A DNA stretch of 48,913 nt. Source: an uncultured bacterium (lineage in GTDB: Bacteria > Patescibacteriota > Minisyncoccia > Phycocordibacterales > GWA1-40-21). Shown piece by piece: positions 8,063 to 18,326 of the stretch. The notes below the pieces were generated by a model. The model worked only from the letters and a program-made list of their open reading frames with translations. It did not search any database and was not told where the DNA came from. Position 1 is the stretch's first letter. Each line of letters starts with the position of its first letter. The DNA is taken from NCBI GenBank assembly GCA_903823865.1, contig CAIJUJ010000029.1:1-48913 (forward strand), in the 5' to 3' direction. Position numbers and translations under genes: made by a program.

Positions 8063-9409
8063 CAGGGCTTACAGCAATCACCACTACCCTTGCGGATAGC
8101 AACGTCGCTGGTTGACCTTCTGGCATTGGTCAAGTGTCACCTCCTATACATCGTCTTACGACTTCGCAGGAAGCTGTGTTTTTGATAAACAGTTGGCAGA
8201 GGTACTTTTGATGCTACCCATATAAATATGGGCAAGCCTTATTGCTAACTTACGGCTGATATTTTGCCGAGTTCCTTGAAGATCTATCACTCGTTCACCT
8301 TACTCTACTCGAGCTAACCACCTGTGTCGGATTACGGTACGGTCTTTACATATTTAAGTTTAGGGAATTTTCTCGGAAGTTTGCTTTGATAAATTCACCA
8401 CGGCGAACCGTAATGTTTATGCTGCACTTTCGCTCATCATTAAAGAAAGAATTCCGGATTTACCTGGAACTCGCAATTATGCTACAAACGCAAATCCATT
8501 AATGCGCTTATCATACTAATCTTCGTCCTCCCATCACAATATATAAAGGTCATGGAATATTAACCATGTGTCCATCGTGTGCGGCTATCGCCATCCACTT
8601 AGGGCCGACTAACCCTTCGCTGATTGTCATCGCGAAGGAAACCTTGGTTTTTCGGTGTGTGGGGTTCTCACCCACATTGTGGTTACTTGTGCCAACATTC
8701 TTACTTCAACACGCTCCACCATGGGTCACCCCTTTGGCTTCATTGCAGAGTTGAATACTCTCCTACCAATATAAATATCCGAAGATATCTATAGTCCTAA
8801 GTTTCGGTATCATGTTTAACCCCGATTATCTGCGGCGCAAAATCTCTTAGTAAGTGAGCTGTTACGCTATCTTTAAAGGATGGCTGCCTCTAAGCCAACC
8901 TCCTTACTGTCTGAGAAAAATTACCACCTTAAGTGTACTTAACATGAATTTAGGGACCTTAAATTTAGATGCGGGCTGTTTCCCTTTTGACCATGGGGCT
9001 TAGCCTCCACAGTCTAACTGCTGAACAATTTACTTCTCGGTATTCGGAGTTTGATAGGTCCTGCGATATTTCTATCTGTCAGGACCTTCCAGTGCTCTAC
9101 CCCCGGAAGGTACATTCAACGCTAGCCCAAAAGCTATTTCGGAGAGAACCAGCTATTACCAGGCTCGATTAGCTTTTCACTTCTTATCTCAAGTCATCCA
9201 AGACTATTGCACGGGTCACTGGTTCGGACCTCCCCTCTGATTTCTCAAAGGTTCATCCTGCTCAAGATAAGCTCGCTCTGGCTTCGGGTCTGATCTGTAA
9301 AATAAACGCACTATTAATACTCGGTTTCCCTATGGCTCCACCCGGTAAAGGGCTTAGCCTACTTCACAGATCAACTCGTTGGCTCATTCTTCAATAGGCA
9401 CGCCGTGAC

Positions 9410-9550
9410 GGACATCACACTACAAACGATATTTACAAAATAAAAATTAAAAAATATATAGCAAAAATTACCGCATCAAAATGACACTAGTATTTTTGGT
9501 TTTAGAGTTTTTAATTTCAACTTGCAAACATCACATGCAATGTGATGCCC
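9410..9550 (-). other. Expanded 23S helix 25 / intervening sequence (141 nt)
   Basis: Replaces the ~28-nt helix between ACGCCGTGAC and GCTCCGACTC. AT-rich and folds as one long imperfect hairpin. Confidence 0.75.
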
Positions 9551-9608
9551 GCTCCGACTCCTTGTAGGCGCACGGTTTCAGGTCTATTTCACTGCCCTCA
9601 CCGGGCTG

Positions 9609-9645
<37 letters not shown>

Positions 9646-10239
9646 ATCTCTAACAATATTTAGCCTTACCGGTTAGTTCCGGCAGATTCCCTCAAGCTTT
9701 TCGTGTCCTGAGGTACTCAAGAATAATAACGGAAAAGATATTTTATTTTCACTTACGGGACTATTACCCACTAGGGTTCTGCTTCCCAGCAGATTCTGTT
9801 AACAAAATATTTTGTAACTTTTCTCATTTATAAATAAATGACGTCACCATCTTACTACACCGATCATAAACTTTATGTACAAAAATTTTATACACAAAGT
9901 TTATGATCGGTTTGGGCTACTTCCTTTTCGCTCGCCGCTACTAGGGAAATGTTGTTACTTACGTAACATTGTTTTCTGTTCCTCCAGGTACTGAAATGTT
10001 TTACTTCCCTGGGTGTGCATCTTACATCAAGTGCAAGATAACCAACAAAGTTGGTTGAGTTTCCTCATTCGGAAATCTCCGGATCAAAGGTTGCTAAGCA
10101 CCTCCCCGAAGCTTATCGCAGCTTTACTACGTCCTTCATCGCTTATTAGAGTCAAGGCATCCACCATGCGCCCTTAAATTTCCCATTAGGAAATTTAAAA
10201 ACCACAATCTTTAATTAGTTTACATCGTAAACTAATAAA

Positions 10240-10257
10240 TTTGTTTTAACCTGTTAT
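10240..10257 (-). promoter_or_regulatory. 5' arm of the 23S processing stem (pairs with 6672-6689)
   Basis: Perfect 18-bp IR TTTGTTTTAACCTGTTAT/ATAACAGGTTAAAACAAA bracketing the 23S. Confidence 0.8.
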
Positions 10258-10501
10258 ATGGAATCAATTCCTTATAACAGTCTTATCAAAATTAATTGAT
10301 AAAATTATTTTAAATCATATCATCTCTCTCCAAGAAAAATGATTGATTCACCTGCCTGCCTATAATACCTATAAAAGACCCAATCCACTTCGCGTGGAAA
10401 ATTGGTGGTACTATGACAGAATAAAGATTTAAATTTAAATAATCATCAAGAGATAATCACTGAAATCTTAATCTTATTTTTCAAGTTTCAATCTTTCTGT
10501 G

Positions 10502-10524
10502 AAAAAAACCGCTTACTGCGGTTT
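10502..10524 (-). terminator. Terminator-like hairpin inside the 23S upstream region
   Basis: Minus strand AAACCGC-AGTAA-GCGGTTT followed by further Ts. Confidence 0.55.
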
Positions 10525-10603
10525 GTAGTGCCAACATTAAAAATGCCGACTATACTTTCCGCTGTAATAATTGGTTTTTTATAAACATATCTGTGTAAGA
10601 ACG

Positions 10604-10632
10604 AGTATATAGGAAAGGGTATGTAAAGTCAA
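10604..10632 (-). promoter_or_regulatory. Sigma70-type promoter upstream of 23S
   Basis: TTGACT-17 bp-TATACT. Confidence 0.75.
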
Positions 10633-10730
10633 GGAATTTTTGAGGAAAAATCTAAATCATTGTAAAACCAAAAAAGACCAGCAAAATGATAGTCTTTTTC
10701 GTATTTTTTGGGCTTATAATTTTAGATAAA

Positions 10731-11327
10731 TTATTCAAGAATTCCATCTAAATTTACATCATACAAAATAGCTTCTTGAATATGCTTATATTTTATTATC
10801 TCATCTTTTTTAAACCACAAATCAATTTCCTTATGAGCTTCATCCACACTTCCAGATGCGTGTATTAAATTTCTAATTGATCTCTCGTCTTGGTCAGACA
10901 TTCTGTATGAATCTAAAACAAAATCACCTCGTATCGTACCGGTATCAGAAGAAAGTGGTTCAGTGCCACCAACAAGTTTTCTAACAATTTGTATTGCGTG
11001 TGCTCCCTGCCAAACCATAGTAATGACTGGCCCGCTTGAAAGGTATTTTTCTAGCCTCAATAAAACCTTATTTCCTATTTCTAGTGGGTCGTCAGATGGT
11101 GGAACAAACCCTTTTGATTTATAATTATCAATAGATTTTTGCCCAGCTTTTCTTACCCACTCAGGGTCAATAGTGTAATGTTTCCTTGCCATCTCCGGAT
11201 TTGGAAGACACATTCTCATTGCAATGAGCTTTAGGCCAATTCTTTCGAATCTTCCTATTATTTCTCCAATAAGTGACCTTTGTACACCGTCTGGTTTTAT
11301 GATGATAAATGTTTTTTCTGTTTTCAT
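10731..11327 (-). CDS. ndk: Nucleoside diphosphate kinase (long form)
   Basis: EKTFIIIKPDGVQRSLIGEII, PGTIRGDF-like TGTIRGDF, and RNLIHASGS with the catalytic His. Confidence 0.95.
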   Translation of the reverse strand: MKTEKTFIIIKPDGVQRSLIGEIIGRFERIGLKLIAMRMCLPNPEMARKHYTIDPEWVRKAGQKSIDNYKSKGFVPPSDDPLEIGNKVLLRLEKYLSSGPVITMVWQGAHAIQIVRKLVGGTEPLSSDTGTIRGDFVLDSYRMSDQDERSIRNLIHASGSVDEAHKEIDLWFKKDEIIKYKHIQEAILYDVNLDGILE

Positions 11328-11350
11328 TTTTTTATTATTTTATTAAATTA

Positions 11351-14128
11351 TTATTCAATCTCCGGTTCAGTCTTTTTATACTTTTCTAAAATCTCATTTT
11401 CAACCTCACCCTTATCGCGACCGTACTTAAGATAAGATAATTCTTTAATTTTATCAAGTAGAATTTTATTTCCTCTTGGTGGTAAGTTTGTTTCCATACT
11501 AAATGGCTTTACAGGCTTTCCATTTGCAAGCATTTTTACATACGAACTGTGATTGTCTATATTCATTAAATCTTTTGCCGAAAATACTGGAGTAAATTGT
11601 TTTTCTAAATATTCTGCGTCTTCAGAGCTTACACGAAATACTGACATAGAACCAACGTTACCAAAAACAGAATTCTTTATTTTTTCATCAAGCTGTGCGA
11701 TAAATTGGTGCGCCACAGTAAGCGCAAGTTTATATTTTCTTGCTTCTGATAGTATTGTAGAGATAGAATCAGTTGTGACATTTTGAAATTCATCAACATA
11801 TAAATAGAAAGGTGGAAAATCTTTTCCAAAAGAATCCGTTCTTGAAAGTGCTGCCATTAATAATTTGCCTACAATAATAAGACCGATAAGATTTGAGTTG
11901 ATGTCTCCAAGCCTTCCTTTTGCAAGGTTCACTAGAAGTATTTTTTTATTATCCATAATGTCACGAAAATCAAAAGATGATTTTTCTTGAGAAACAATTG
12001 GACGCATAATTTCATTTGAAAGAAACACGTCAAACTTTGAGGTAATATATGGCACTATATTTGCAAGAGATGCTTCACCTCCAGCTTTTCCAGCAATTTC
12101 TCTCCAGAATTGTAGAACAATTGGGTTTTTACACCTTGAAAGTTTAAGCTCTCGGTATATTTTATCTGATAGAACTCTTGATACATCCAGAAGAGTTGAA
12201 CCAGAATCTGGATCTTCCAGGACAAGATTTACAGCATTTCTAAAATATTGTTCAAACATAGGACCACCCGTTGCTTTCATATCAAAAAGTTTATTGAAAA
12301 TTGAAAGCATTTCATTAACTACAAATGTTTTTTGTTCTGGGAATCTTGTATCAAACTCGAGCATGTTTAATCCCATTGGTCTTTCTGTATAGCTTGGATC
12401 AAAATAAATTACATCATCATATCTTTCTGGAGGAACAAAAGACAGGACTTCCTGAATATCAGAACCGTGTGGGTCTATCATACAAACTCCCTCTCCTGCC
12501 AAAATATCTTGGCGAATCATTGTTTTTAAAAGTGTGGTTTTACCTGTACCGGTTTGACCTATAACATAAAAATGCCTTAGCCTATCTTCCGGTGTTATTT
12601 TTATTGGTGTTTCCACGTTTCTATATTTATTTGTTCCCAAAAGTATTCCTTCTTTGGGTAGATCGAGTGGTGCTGGTGCGCTAATCGCTTCGGTCTTTTT
12701 TAGTTGTGATGCACTATTAAAGTCCGCCTCAGGTAAATGCATGATTGTTGTTAATTCTTTCAAGTTTGTATTCAATACTTTATTTTCATTAAAAATCCTA
12801 AAAGAATAATCTCGGGCTAATTTCAAGAGATTTTTACCTTCAGCCCTTTCAAATTTTATTTTATTACCATTTGTATTTTCAAATTGGTTAAATGAAGACT
12901 CAATATCGGACAAGATAGCAAAAGCTTCTTCACTTGCTGTAGATGAAGCCATAATTCTAATATTTACACTTGCAATTGGACTTGAAATTTTAGCTTTAAT
13001 ATTTTCGATTGGGGTAGTATTAGAAGAGCTGTTGTCTTCTTTCTTATCATCCTTATCTTTTTTTGTTTCTTTTATTATTTCTTTTCCAATCTGCCTCAAA
13101 ATACCAAAGATTGAAGAATCAGCTTTTGCTAACGCCTCTTTAAATTTTGAACCCTTTTCCATTTCTTTTAATACCTTTTTGTAAAAAGACATTTTTGCGG
13201 CAGGGGCAGGTCTAACAATTATTTGTATTGATGCTCCCTCTCCATCTTTATCAACTTTTGAGAAACTGTTTAGTAGTACATTCAATGGGTCATAGTCAAA
13301 TTGGTCATAAGTTTTTATTGGAAAAATATCATTTTTTGAAAACACGGCTAACGAACCTACGTATTCACCATTTTCATTAAAAATATTATAATCATTTTTC
13401 TTTTCTACAAGTTTTACATTTGGAAAAATAGACTGAACTTGTTTTTCAAAAAGTGAGCGTTTCGAATCTGGAATTGATATATAAAAAATTATTTCATCAC
13501 TATGATTAGCTTTTGAAAGTTCGAGCGCAAAATAACCTGAGCCCTTTTTATCATCCTTGTCTACAGAAAACATCCCAGCATAAAATTGCTCCATTTTTGA
13601 TATTAGTTCTTTTAAATTTTTATTTTTCTGAGCCTCATCTTTTATTGCGCCAGGCAAAGATACCTCGAATAGGGTCATCTTCAAAGCTTTAAAAACTGGG
13701 TTTTTTTCATTAGTGTTAGCGAGTCTAAAACCCGCTTTTATGTATTGAACTAAAAATCTATGAAAGTCATCTTCAATATGCGGATTATTTAGTCTGTCAA
13801 TAATCGCTAGAGTATTCAATACTCCTTTTTCTTGTAAAATATCAATAAGTTCGGCCATTTTGGCATCATGCTCTTCTGGTGCCAAGTCAAGAACGATGGC
13901 CTCAACTTCATTCTTTTTCAAAGCATAATCTTTATCTAAAATATCTTCTAGTTTTTTATCGGCATGGGCATGAATTTCATCATGAATGACTTCATCTTGT
14001 ATAACATCTTTGCCATCCTCAGCCATTTGTCTCTCGTGGTTTGAGACTTTTTCACGTAAATATCTCAACTCCTCATCAGGAGTTTTAAATTTTTGTTCTA
14101 TTCTTTGACTACCAAATTGTTCAACCAT
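11351..14128 (-). CDS. VirD4/TraG/HerA-like P-loop ATPase
   Basis: HFYVIGQTGTGKT (Walker A), IDPHG, LYVDEFQ (Walker B), LSEARKY and AHQFIAQL. Confidence 0.8.
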   Translation of the reverse strand: MVEQFGSQRIEQKFKTPDEELRYLREKVSNHERQMAEDGKDVIQDEVIHDEIHAHADKKLEDILDKDYALKKNEVEAIVLDLAPEEHDAKMAELIDILQEKGVLNTLAIIDRLNNPHIEDDFHRFLVQYIKAGFRLANTNEKNPVFKALKMTLFEVSLPGAIKDEAQKNKNLKELISKMEQFYAGMFSVDKDDKKGSGYFALELSKANHSDEIIFYISIPDSKRSLFEKQVQSIFPNVKLVEKKNDYNIFNENGEYVGSLAVFSKNDIFPIKTYDQFDYDPLNVLLNSFSKVDKDGEGASIQIIVRPAPAAKMSFYKKVLKEMEKGSKFKEALAKADSSIFGILRQIGKEIIKETKKDKDDKKEDNSSSNTTPIENIKAKISSPIASVNIRIMASSTASEEAFAILSDIESSFNQFENTNGNKIKFERAEGKNLLKLARDYSFRIFNENKVLNTNLKELTTIMHLPEADFNSASQLKKTEAISAPAPLDLPKEGILLGTNKYRNVETPIKITPEDRLRHFYVIGQTGTGKTTLLKTMIRQDILAGEGVCMIDPHGSDIQEVLSFVPPERYDDVIYFDPSYTERPMGLNMLEFDTRFPEQKTFVVNEMLSIFNKLFDMKATGGPMFEQYFRNAVNLVLEDPDSGSTLLDVSRVLSDKIYRELKLSRCKNPIVLQFWREIAGKAGGEASLANIVPYITSKFDVFLSNEIMRPIVSQEKSSFDFRDIMDNKKILLVNLAKGRLGDINSNLIGLIIVGKLLMAALSRTDSFGKDFPPFYLYVDEFQNVTTDSISTILSEARKYKLALTVAHQFIAQLDEKIKNSVFGNVGSMSVFRVSSEDAEYLEKQFTPVFSAKDLMNIDNHSSYVKMLANGKPVKPFSMETNLPPRGNKILLDKIKELSYLKYGRDKGEVENEILEKYKKTEPEIE

Positions 14129-14166
14129 ATGTTAAATTATATCACAAAATATTTATATTTTGCACA

Positions 14167-14940
14167 TTAAATCTTTGTGAGTATTTCTGGCTCGCCACTT
14201 GTAATCAAAATAGTATGTTCAAAATGTGCGCTTCTTGAGCCATCTTTTGTTTTAAAAGTATATCCGTCTTTATCTATAAAAACATCCTTCTCTCCAACAT
14301 TTAACATTGGCTCTATTGCTATCACCATACCAGGCTTTAATTTATCTCCCCTACCTCGCTCGCCATAATTTGGTATATATGGATCTTCATGAACGTCGTA
14401 TCCTACACCATGTCCGCACAATTCTTCGACAACAGAAAAACCATTTGCCTTGGCAACCCTTTCCACAGCGTAGCCGATATCTCCAGTAGTTTTATTTCCT
14501 TTTGCAGCTTTTATTCCAGAGTATAGGGCTTCCTTTGTAACTGAAATTAATTTATTTGATACTGGGTCAATTTTCCCAACTGGAACTGTAACGGCAGAAT
14601 CTGTCACAAGCCCTTTGTGAGTAAGACACATATCCAAAGAAACAATATCACCCTCTTTTAATATTTTGGGATTTTCATTTGGTATTCCGTGAACAATTTC
14701 GTCATTAATAGAAACACAAATACTCGCTGGATATGCCCTCTTGGCACCTTTTGGTTTATAGTTTAGAGTTGATGGAGTGTCTCCAAGTTTTTTTGCAAGT
14801 TTATTTACCAAATCATTCAACTCATTTGTTGAAACTCCTGGTTTTACGGCTTTACTAACTTCCTCTAAAATATATGCTAAATTTCTTCCACATTCTCGCA
14901 GAATTACTATTTCTTCTTTTGTTTTAATAGTTACAGCCAT
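14167..14940 (-). CDS. map: Methionine aminopeptidase type I
   Basis: CVSINDEIVHGIP, D/D/H/E metal ligands, GHGVG, IEPM and AHFEHT. Confidence 0.95.
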   Translation of the reverse strand: MAVTIKTKEEIVILRECGRNLAYILEEVSKAVKPGVSTNELNDLVNKLAKKLGDTPSTLNYKPKGAKRAYPASICVSINDEIVHGIPNENPKILKEGDIVSLDMCLTHKGLVTDSAVTVPVGKIDPVSNKLISVTKEALYSGIKAAKGNKTTGDIGYAVERVAKANGFSVVEELCGHGVGYDVHEDPYIPNYGERGRGDKLKPGMVIAIEPMLNVGEKDVFIDKDGYTFKTKDGSRSAHFEHTILITSGEPEILTKI

Positions 14941-14945
14941 TTGGA

Positions 14946-15569
14946 TTATTTTCCAAAAACTTTTTTCGCTAATTCAGCATGAACTTCTTCAATAGTTTGC
15001 TCTCCATTAACATCTATAAAATCACAATTTTTATTTTTTTTGAAATATTCTATTGAGTCGGAAACATTTGTATCAAACCAATCCATTCTGTTTTTTATAT
15101 CTTCTTCAGTATCATCTTTTCTTTTTCTTGCCAAAAGTCTTTCAGTTCCCCATTTTCTACTAACATTTATATAAATAACTTTATAGCTTGAAATGCCATA
15201 AAATTTTAGAGCAGCATCAAGAATCAATGCTTCTGGCAATCTTCTTGCTAAACCATCAAAAACTAGGTTTTCTTTACCAGAATAATTTTCAATAAGATAC
15301 GAACTCCAAAGACCAATAACTAAAGATTCTGGCATAAGTGCTCCTTTATCCAATAGTTTTTTTGTTTTTTCAGCTGTGAATGATGTTTTTGTTGCAAGTT
15401 CACGGAGAAGAGACCCTGTTTCAATTCTTAAAGTTTTTAAACCATTAACTTCTTGTATTTTTTTTATAAAAAGTTCTACTTGTGTACCCTTTCCACAGCC
15501 AGATCTACCAATAAAAAGACAAGCCATTGGGCTCGTAGTTTTTCCTTCTTTTTTTAATGTATTTTTCAT
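14946..15569 (-). CDS. adk: Adenylate kinase-like NMP kinase (short LID)
   Basis: GRSGCGKGTQ P-loop, ETGSLLRE; canonical position between secY and map. Confidence 0.75.
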   Translation of the reverse strand: MKNTLKKEGKTTSPMACLFIGRSGCGKGTQVELFIKKIQEVNGLKTLRIETGSLLRELATKTSFTAEKTKKLLDKGALMPESLVIGLWSSYLIENYSGKENLVFDGLARRLPEALILDAALKFYGISSYKVIYINVSRKWGTERLLARKRKDDTEEDIKNRMDWFDTNVSDSIEYFKKNKNCDFIDVNGEQTIEEVHAELAKKVFGK

Positions 15570-15618
15570 AAAAATAGTATAGCACGATTAGTTTCTAGGT
15601 TCTAGGTTTTAGTTATCC

Positions 15619-15769
15619 AACCCCAGAAATAATTTTTTATGTAAAAATACGACAAAATGCTAAAAAATCAGGATTGACCTATTCGGTCATCGCATTTTGC
15701 TTTTCAAAACAGATATTTATATTTATTTAGCTTTATTTATATAAAATAACAAAAAATTATTACGGGGTT
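15619..15769. repeat. 151-bp long imperfect inverted-repeat element
   Basis: AACCCC..AAATAATTTTT / AAAAATTATT..GGGGTT ends; internal CAAAATGC/GCATTTTG. Confidence 0.55.
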
Positions 15770-15785
15770 AAAATTTTGTAAACAT

Positions 15786-15820
15786 AAAAAAATCACCCAA
15801 ATGCTAGGATGATTTTTTAT
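15786..15820 (-). terminator. secY terminator-like hairpin
   Basis: AAAAAATCA(C)CC...GG(A)TGATTTTTT. Confidence 0.5.
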
Positions 15821-15830
15821 GAACAAAATT

Positions 15831-17102
15831 TTAATATTCTCTCATCGTTATCTGAGCCTGTATTTTCTTTATCAAATCAATAACAACTGATACTACGATA
15901 AGCAAGGCTGTTCCTCCAACCGCGATTGAGCTGAGTCCAGAAGCAGATTGAACTATCAAAGGAAGAACTGCGATAACACCCAAGAATAATGCCCCTACTA
16001 AAGTAATTCTTGTCAAAACTTTTGCCAAATATTCTGAAGTTGAAGCACCTGGTCTTACTCCTGGAATAAACGCTCCGCCTTGCTGAAGATTTTTTGAGAT
16101 TTGGTCTGGGTCAAAAGTAACTGCTGTATAAAAATATGTAAATAAAACAACCAAAACAAAATACAAAATACCATGAGCCCAAGGATTTGTTAGAAAATCA
16201 TTTAGAGATAAGAATATACTTCTCCAAGTTCCACTTGCAACTGCTGTAGATAAAAATTTAAATATCATTTGAGGGAAAAGCAAAATGGACATACCAAAAA
16301 TTATTGGAATAACTCCAGCTTGATTCAACCTCAAAGGCAAATATGTTGAAACGCCACCAGAAACTTTTGAACCAGTAATTCTTTTTGCATAAGTAACAGG
16401 CACAGGTCTTTCCGCCTCTGAAATAAATACGACTCCATAAATAACTGCTAAAAATACTGCAAGAAGAATAATATACATTGGAATCTGATCAATGCTAAAG
16501 GATAAACTCATTTGTGTGATTGTAGTTGGAAGACGAGCTACGATACCAGCAAAAATCAAAAGTGATGTTCCGTTTCCAATACCAAACTCTGTCATGAGTT
16601 CCCCTATCCACATCATGAGCATTGCTCCACCGACGATTATCATAAGGTTGATAAAGAAATCTAGTGAGCTAATATGTGTAATAACTGCAGAATTTTCTAG
16701 AAGTTTAAGGAAAGCAAAACCTTGTACCAAAGCTATCGGCACAGTGAGTGCTCTTGAAATCTGTGTAAATTTTCTTCTACCAATTTCTCCTTCTTCTTGA
16801 TACATATTTTTTATCTTTGAAGACATCATGGTAAGAAGTTGCATAATAATAGAAGCAGTAATATATGGCCCAACTCCAAGCATGACAATAGAAAGTTTGC
16901 TCATTCCCCCTCCTGAAAATACGTTTAAGAAACTTAGAAAATCATTTCCAGAGAAAAAAGTAAGAAGTTTTGCTGGATCAATCCCAGGTATTGGAATAGC
17001 TGCTAAAAGTCTTGAAATAAGTAAAGCACCAAGCACAAAAAGCAATCTATTTCTTAGACCTTTATCCTGAAAAACCATTTTTATTTTATCCCAGAAGTTC
17101 AT
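15831..17102 (-). CDS. secY: Preprotein translocase SecY
   Basis: LGVGPYITASIIMQLL, GIGNGTSLLIF, NQAGVIPIIF, FIPGVRPG and GGTALLIVVSV. Confidence 0.97.
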   Translation of the reverse strand: MNFWDKIKMVFQDKGLRNRLLFVLGALLISRLLAAIPIPGIDPAKLLTFFSGNDFLSFLNVFSGGGMSKLSIVMLGVGPYITASIIMQLLTMMSSKIKNMYQEEGEIGRRKFTQISRALTVPIALVQGFAFLKLLENSAVITHISSLDFFINLMIIVGGAMLMMWIGELMTEFGIGNGTSLLIFAGIVARLPTTITQMSLSFSIDQIPMYIILLAVFLAVIYGVVFISEAERPVPVTYAKRITGSKVSGGVSTYLPLRLNQAGVIPIIFGMSILLFPQMIFKFLSTAVASGTWRSIFLSLNDFLTNPWAHGILYFVLVVLFTYFYTAVTFDPDQISKNLQQGGAFIPGVRPGASTSEYLAKVLTRITLVGALFLGVIAVLPLIVQSASGLSSIAVGGTALLIVVSVVIDLIKKIQAQITMREY

Positions 17103-17217
17103 CCCAATTGTAATTTTTAATTTTTATAATTTATCTCAATTTTTTCCGACCAATTTCTATCCGCCAATGATATTCTTTTTTATATGTCCGTTGAAATTAC
17201 AACGGGACACGTAGGTT

Positions 17218-17649
17218 TTATTTAACCGTTCCTCCAGCTTTTTCAATTTTTGTTTTTGCTTCAGCTGAAACTTTACAATTTGCAATATTTAATTTTTTAG
17301 AAATATCGCCTTGACCAAGTATTTTTACTTTTGGTTTTCTTCCCAATCTTGTTTCTAGTATACCTTTATTTACCAAAGTTGTTGGTGTTACTAAATCTCC
17401 ACTTGAGAAAATTACTTCAAGTTGCCCAACATTTAGAACTACCGGTTTTGATTGAATCGTATTAAAAGAATATCCTCTCAATTTGGGCATTCTTTTGATA
17501 ATGTCTCTCCATTCTGGTCTTATTTTGTGACCAGAACGAGCTGTTTGACCCTTTCCTCCTCTGCCAGATGTTTTTCCTCTTTTTCCACCACGGCCAATGA
17601 TTTGGGTTTTTCTATTTTTTGTTACTCTTTTAAGGTTGTGTATTTTCAT
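17218..17649 (-). CDS. rplO: 50S ribosomal protein L15
   Basis: GRGGKRGKTSGRGGKGQTARSG and KIEKAGG. Confidence 0.95.
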   Translation of the reverse strand: MKIHNLKRVTKNRKTQIIGRGGKRGKTSGRGGKGQTARSGHKIRPEWRDIIKRMPKLRGYSFNTIQSKPVVLNVGQLEVIFSSGDLVTPTTLVNKGILETRLGRKPKVKILGQGDISKKLNIANCKVSAEAKTKIEKAGGTVK

Positions 17650-17658
17650 AGTCGTAAA

Positions 17659-18321
17659 TTATTTTTTAACTTCTTCTTTTGTTTCTTTTTTTGCTTCAAC
17701 TACTACTGTAGGATTTTTCTTTTTATCAAAAGCTGACAAAGCAATGATTGCTGCTCTTGCCATATTCAATTTATTTTTTGATGGAGAAATTATTTTTGCT
17801 GTAACATCTTTTATTCCTGCAAGCTCAATAACACTCTTTAGTGCGCTTCCTGCTGAAACTCCTCTTCCTTTTGCTGGTATCAAAATGACTCTTCCGCTGC
17901 AGTATTTTGCACTAACATCATGAGGAATAGACATTGTTTTTGTAAGATTCAATTGCATGATATTTTTCTTTGCATTTCTGTATGCTTTATCAATAGCAAG
18001 TGATGTATCGTTTGCTTTTCCTGTTCCAACGCCTACTGAACCTTTTTTATTTCCGACAACCATATGTACGCTAAAATTCAATCTTTTACCTCCTTTTGTA
18101 ACTCTGGTAACTCTTCTTATATTTAAAATTTTCTGATCAAATTCTGGTTTGATTCTTTCTGGTCTTCCGTGTCCTCCTCTTCTTGGATTTTTTGCTCTAT
18201 CTCCCCCAAAACCTTGTTTTGGTTTACTAAAAGAAACATTCTTTGATGAAAAAGTTTTTGCTGGAGCGGCAGCTACTGGAGCTGCGGGGGTAATATTTGT
18301 TTTTGTGGTTTCTGTATCCAT
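17659..18321 (-). CDS. rpsE: 30S ribosomal protein S5 (N-terminal extension)
   Basis: RRVTRVTKGGKRLNF and VGVGTGKA. Confidence 0.95.
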   Translation of the reverse strand: MDTETTKTNITPAAPVAAAPAKTFSSKNVSFSKPKQGFGGDRAKNPRRGGHGRPERIKPEFDQKILNIRRVTRVTKGGKRLNFSVHMVVGNKKGSVGVGTGKANDTSLAIDKAYRNAKKNIMQLNLTKTMSIPHDVSAKYCSGRVILIPAKGRGVSAGSALKSVIELAGIKDVTAKIISPSKNKLNMARAAIIALSAFDKKKNPTVVVEAKKETKEEVKK

Positions 18322-18326
18322 AATTA

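Noticed and set aside
9860-9910. 15-bp perfect hairpin within 23S domain I
   Set aside because: Lies in a known length-variable helix; a modest expansion rather than a separate element.
10546-10556. CGACTATA plus hairpin in the 23S leader, resembling the promoter cassette and the group I S element
   Set aside because: Only 8 bp match, which is expected by chance in 49 kb. The hairpin register differs and no matching P7 5' strand was found.
11351-14128. VirD4-like gene as evidence of an ICE or conjugative element
   Set aside because: No relaxase, VirB4, integrase or att-like repeats; flanked by housekeeping genes.
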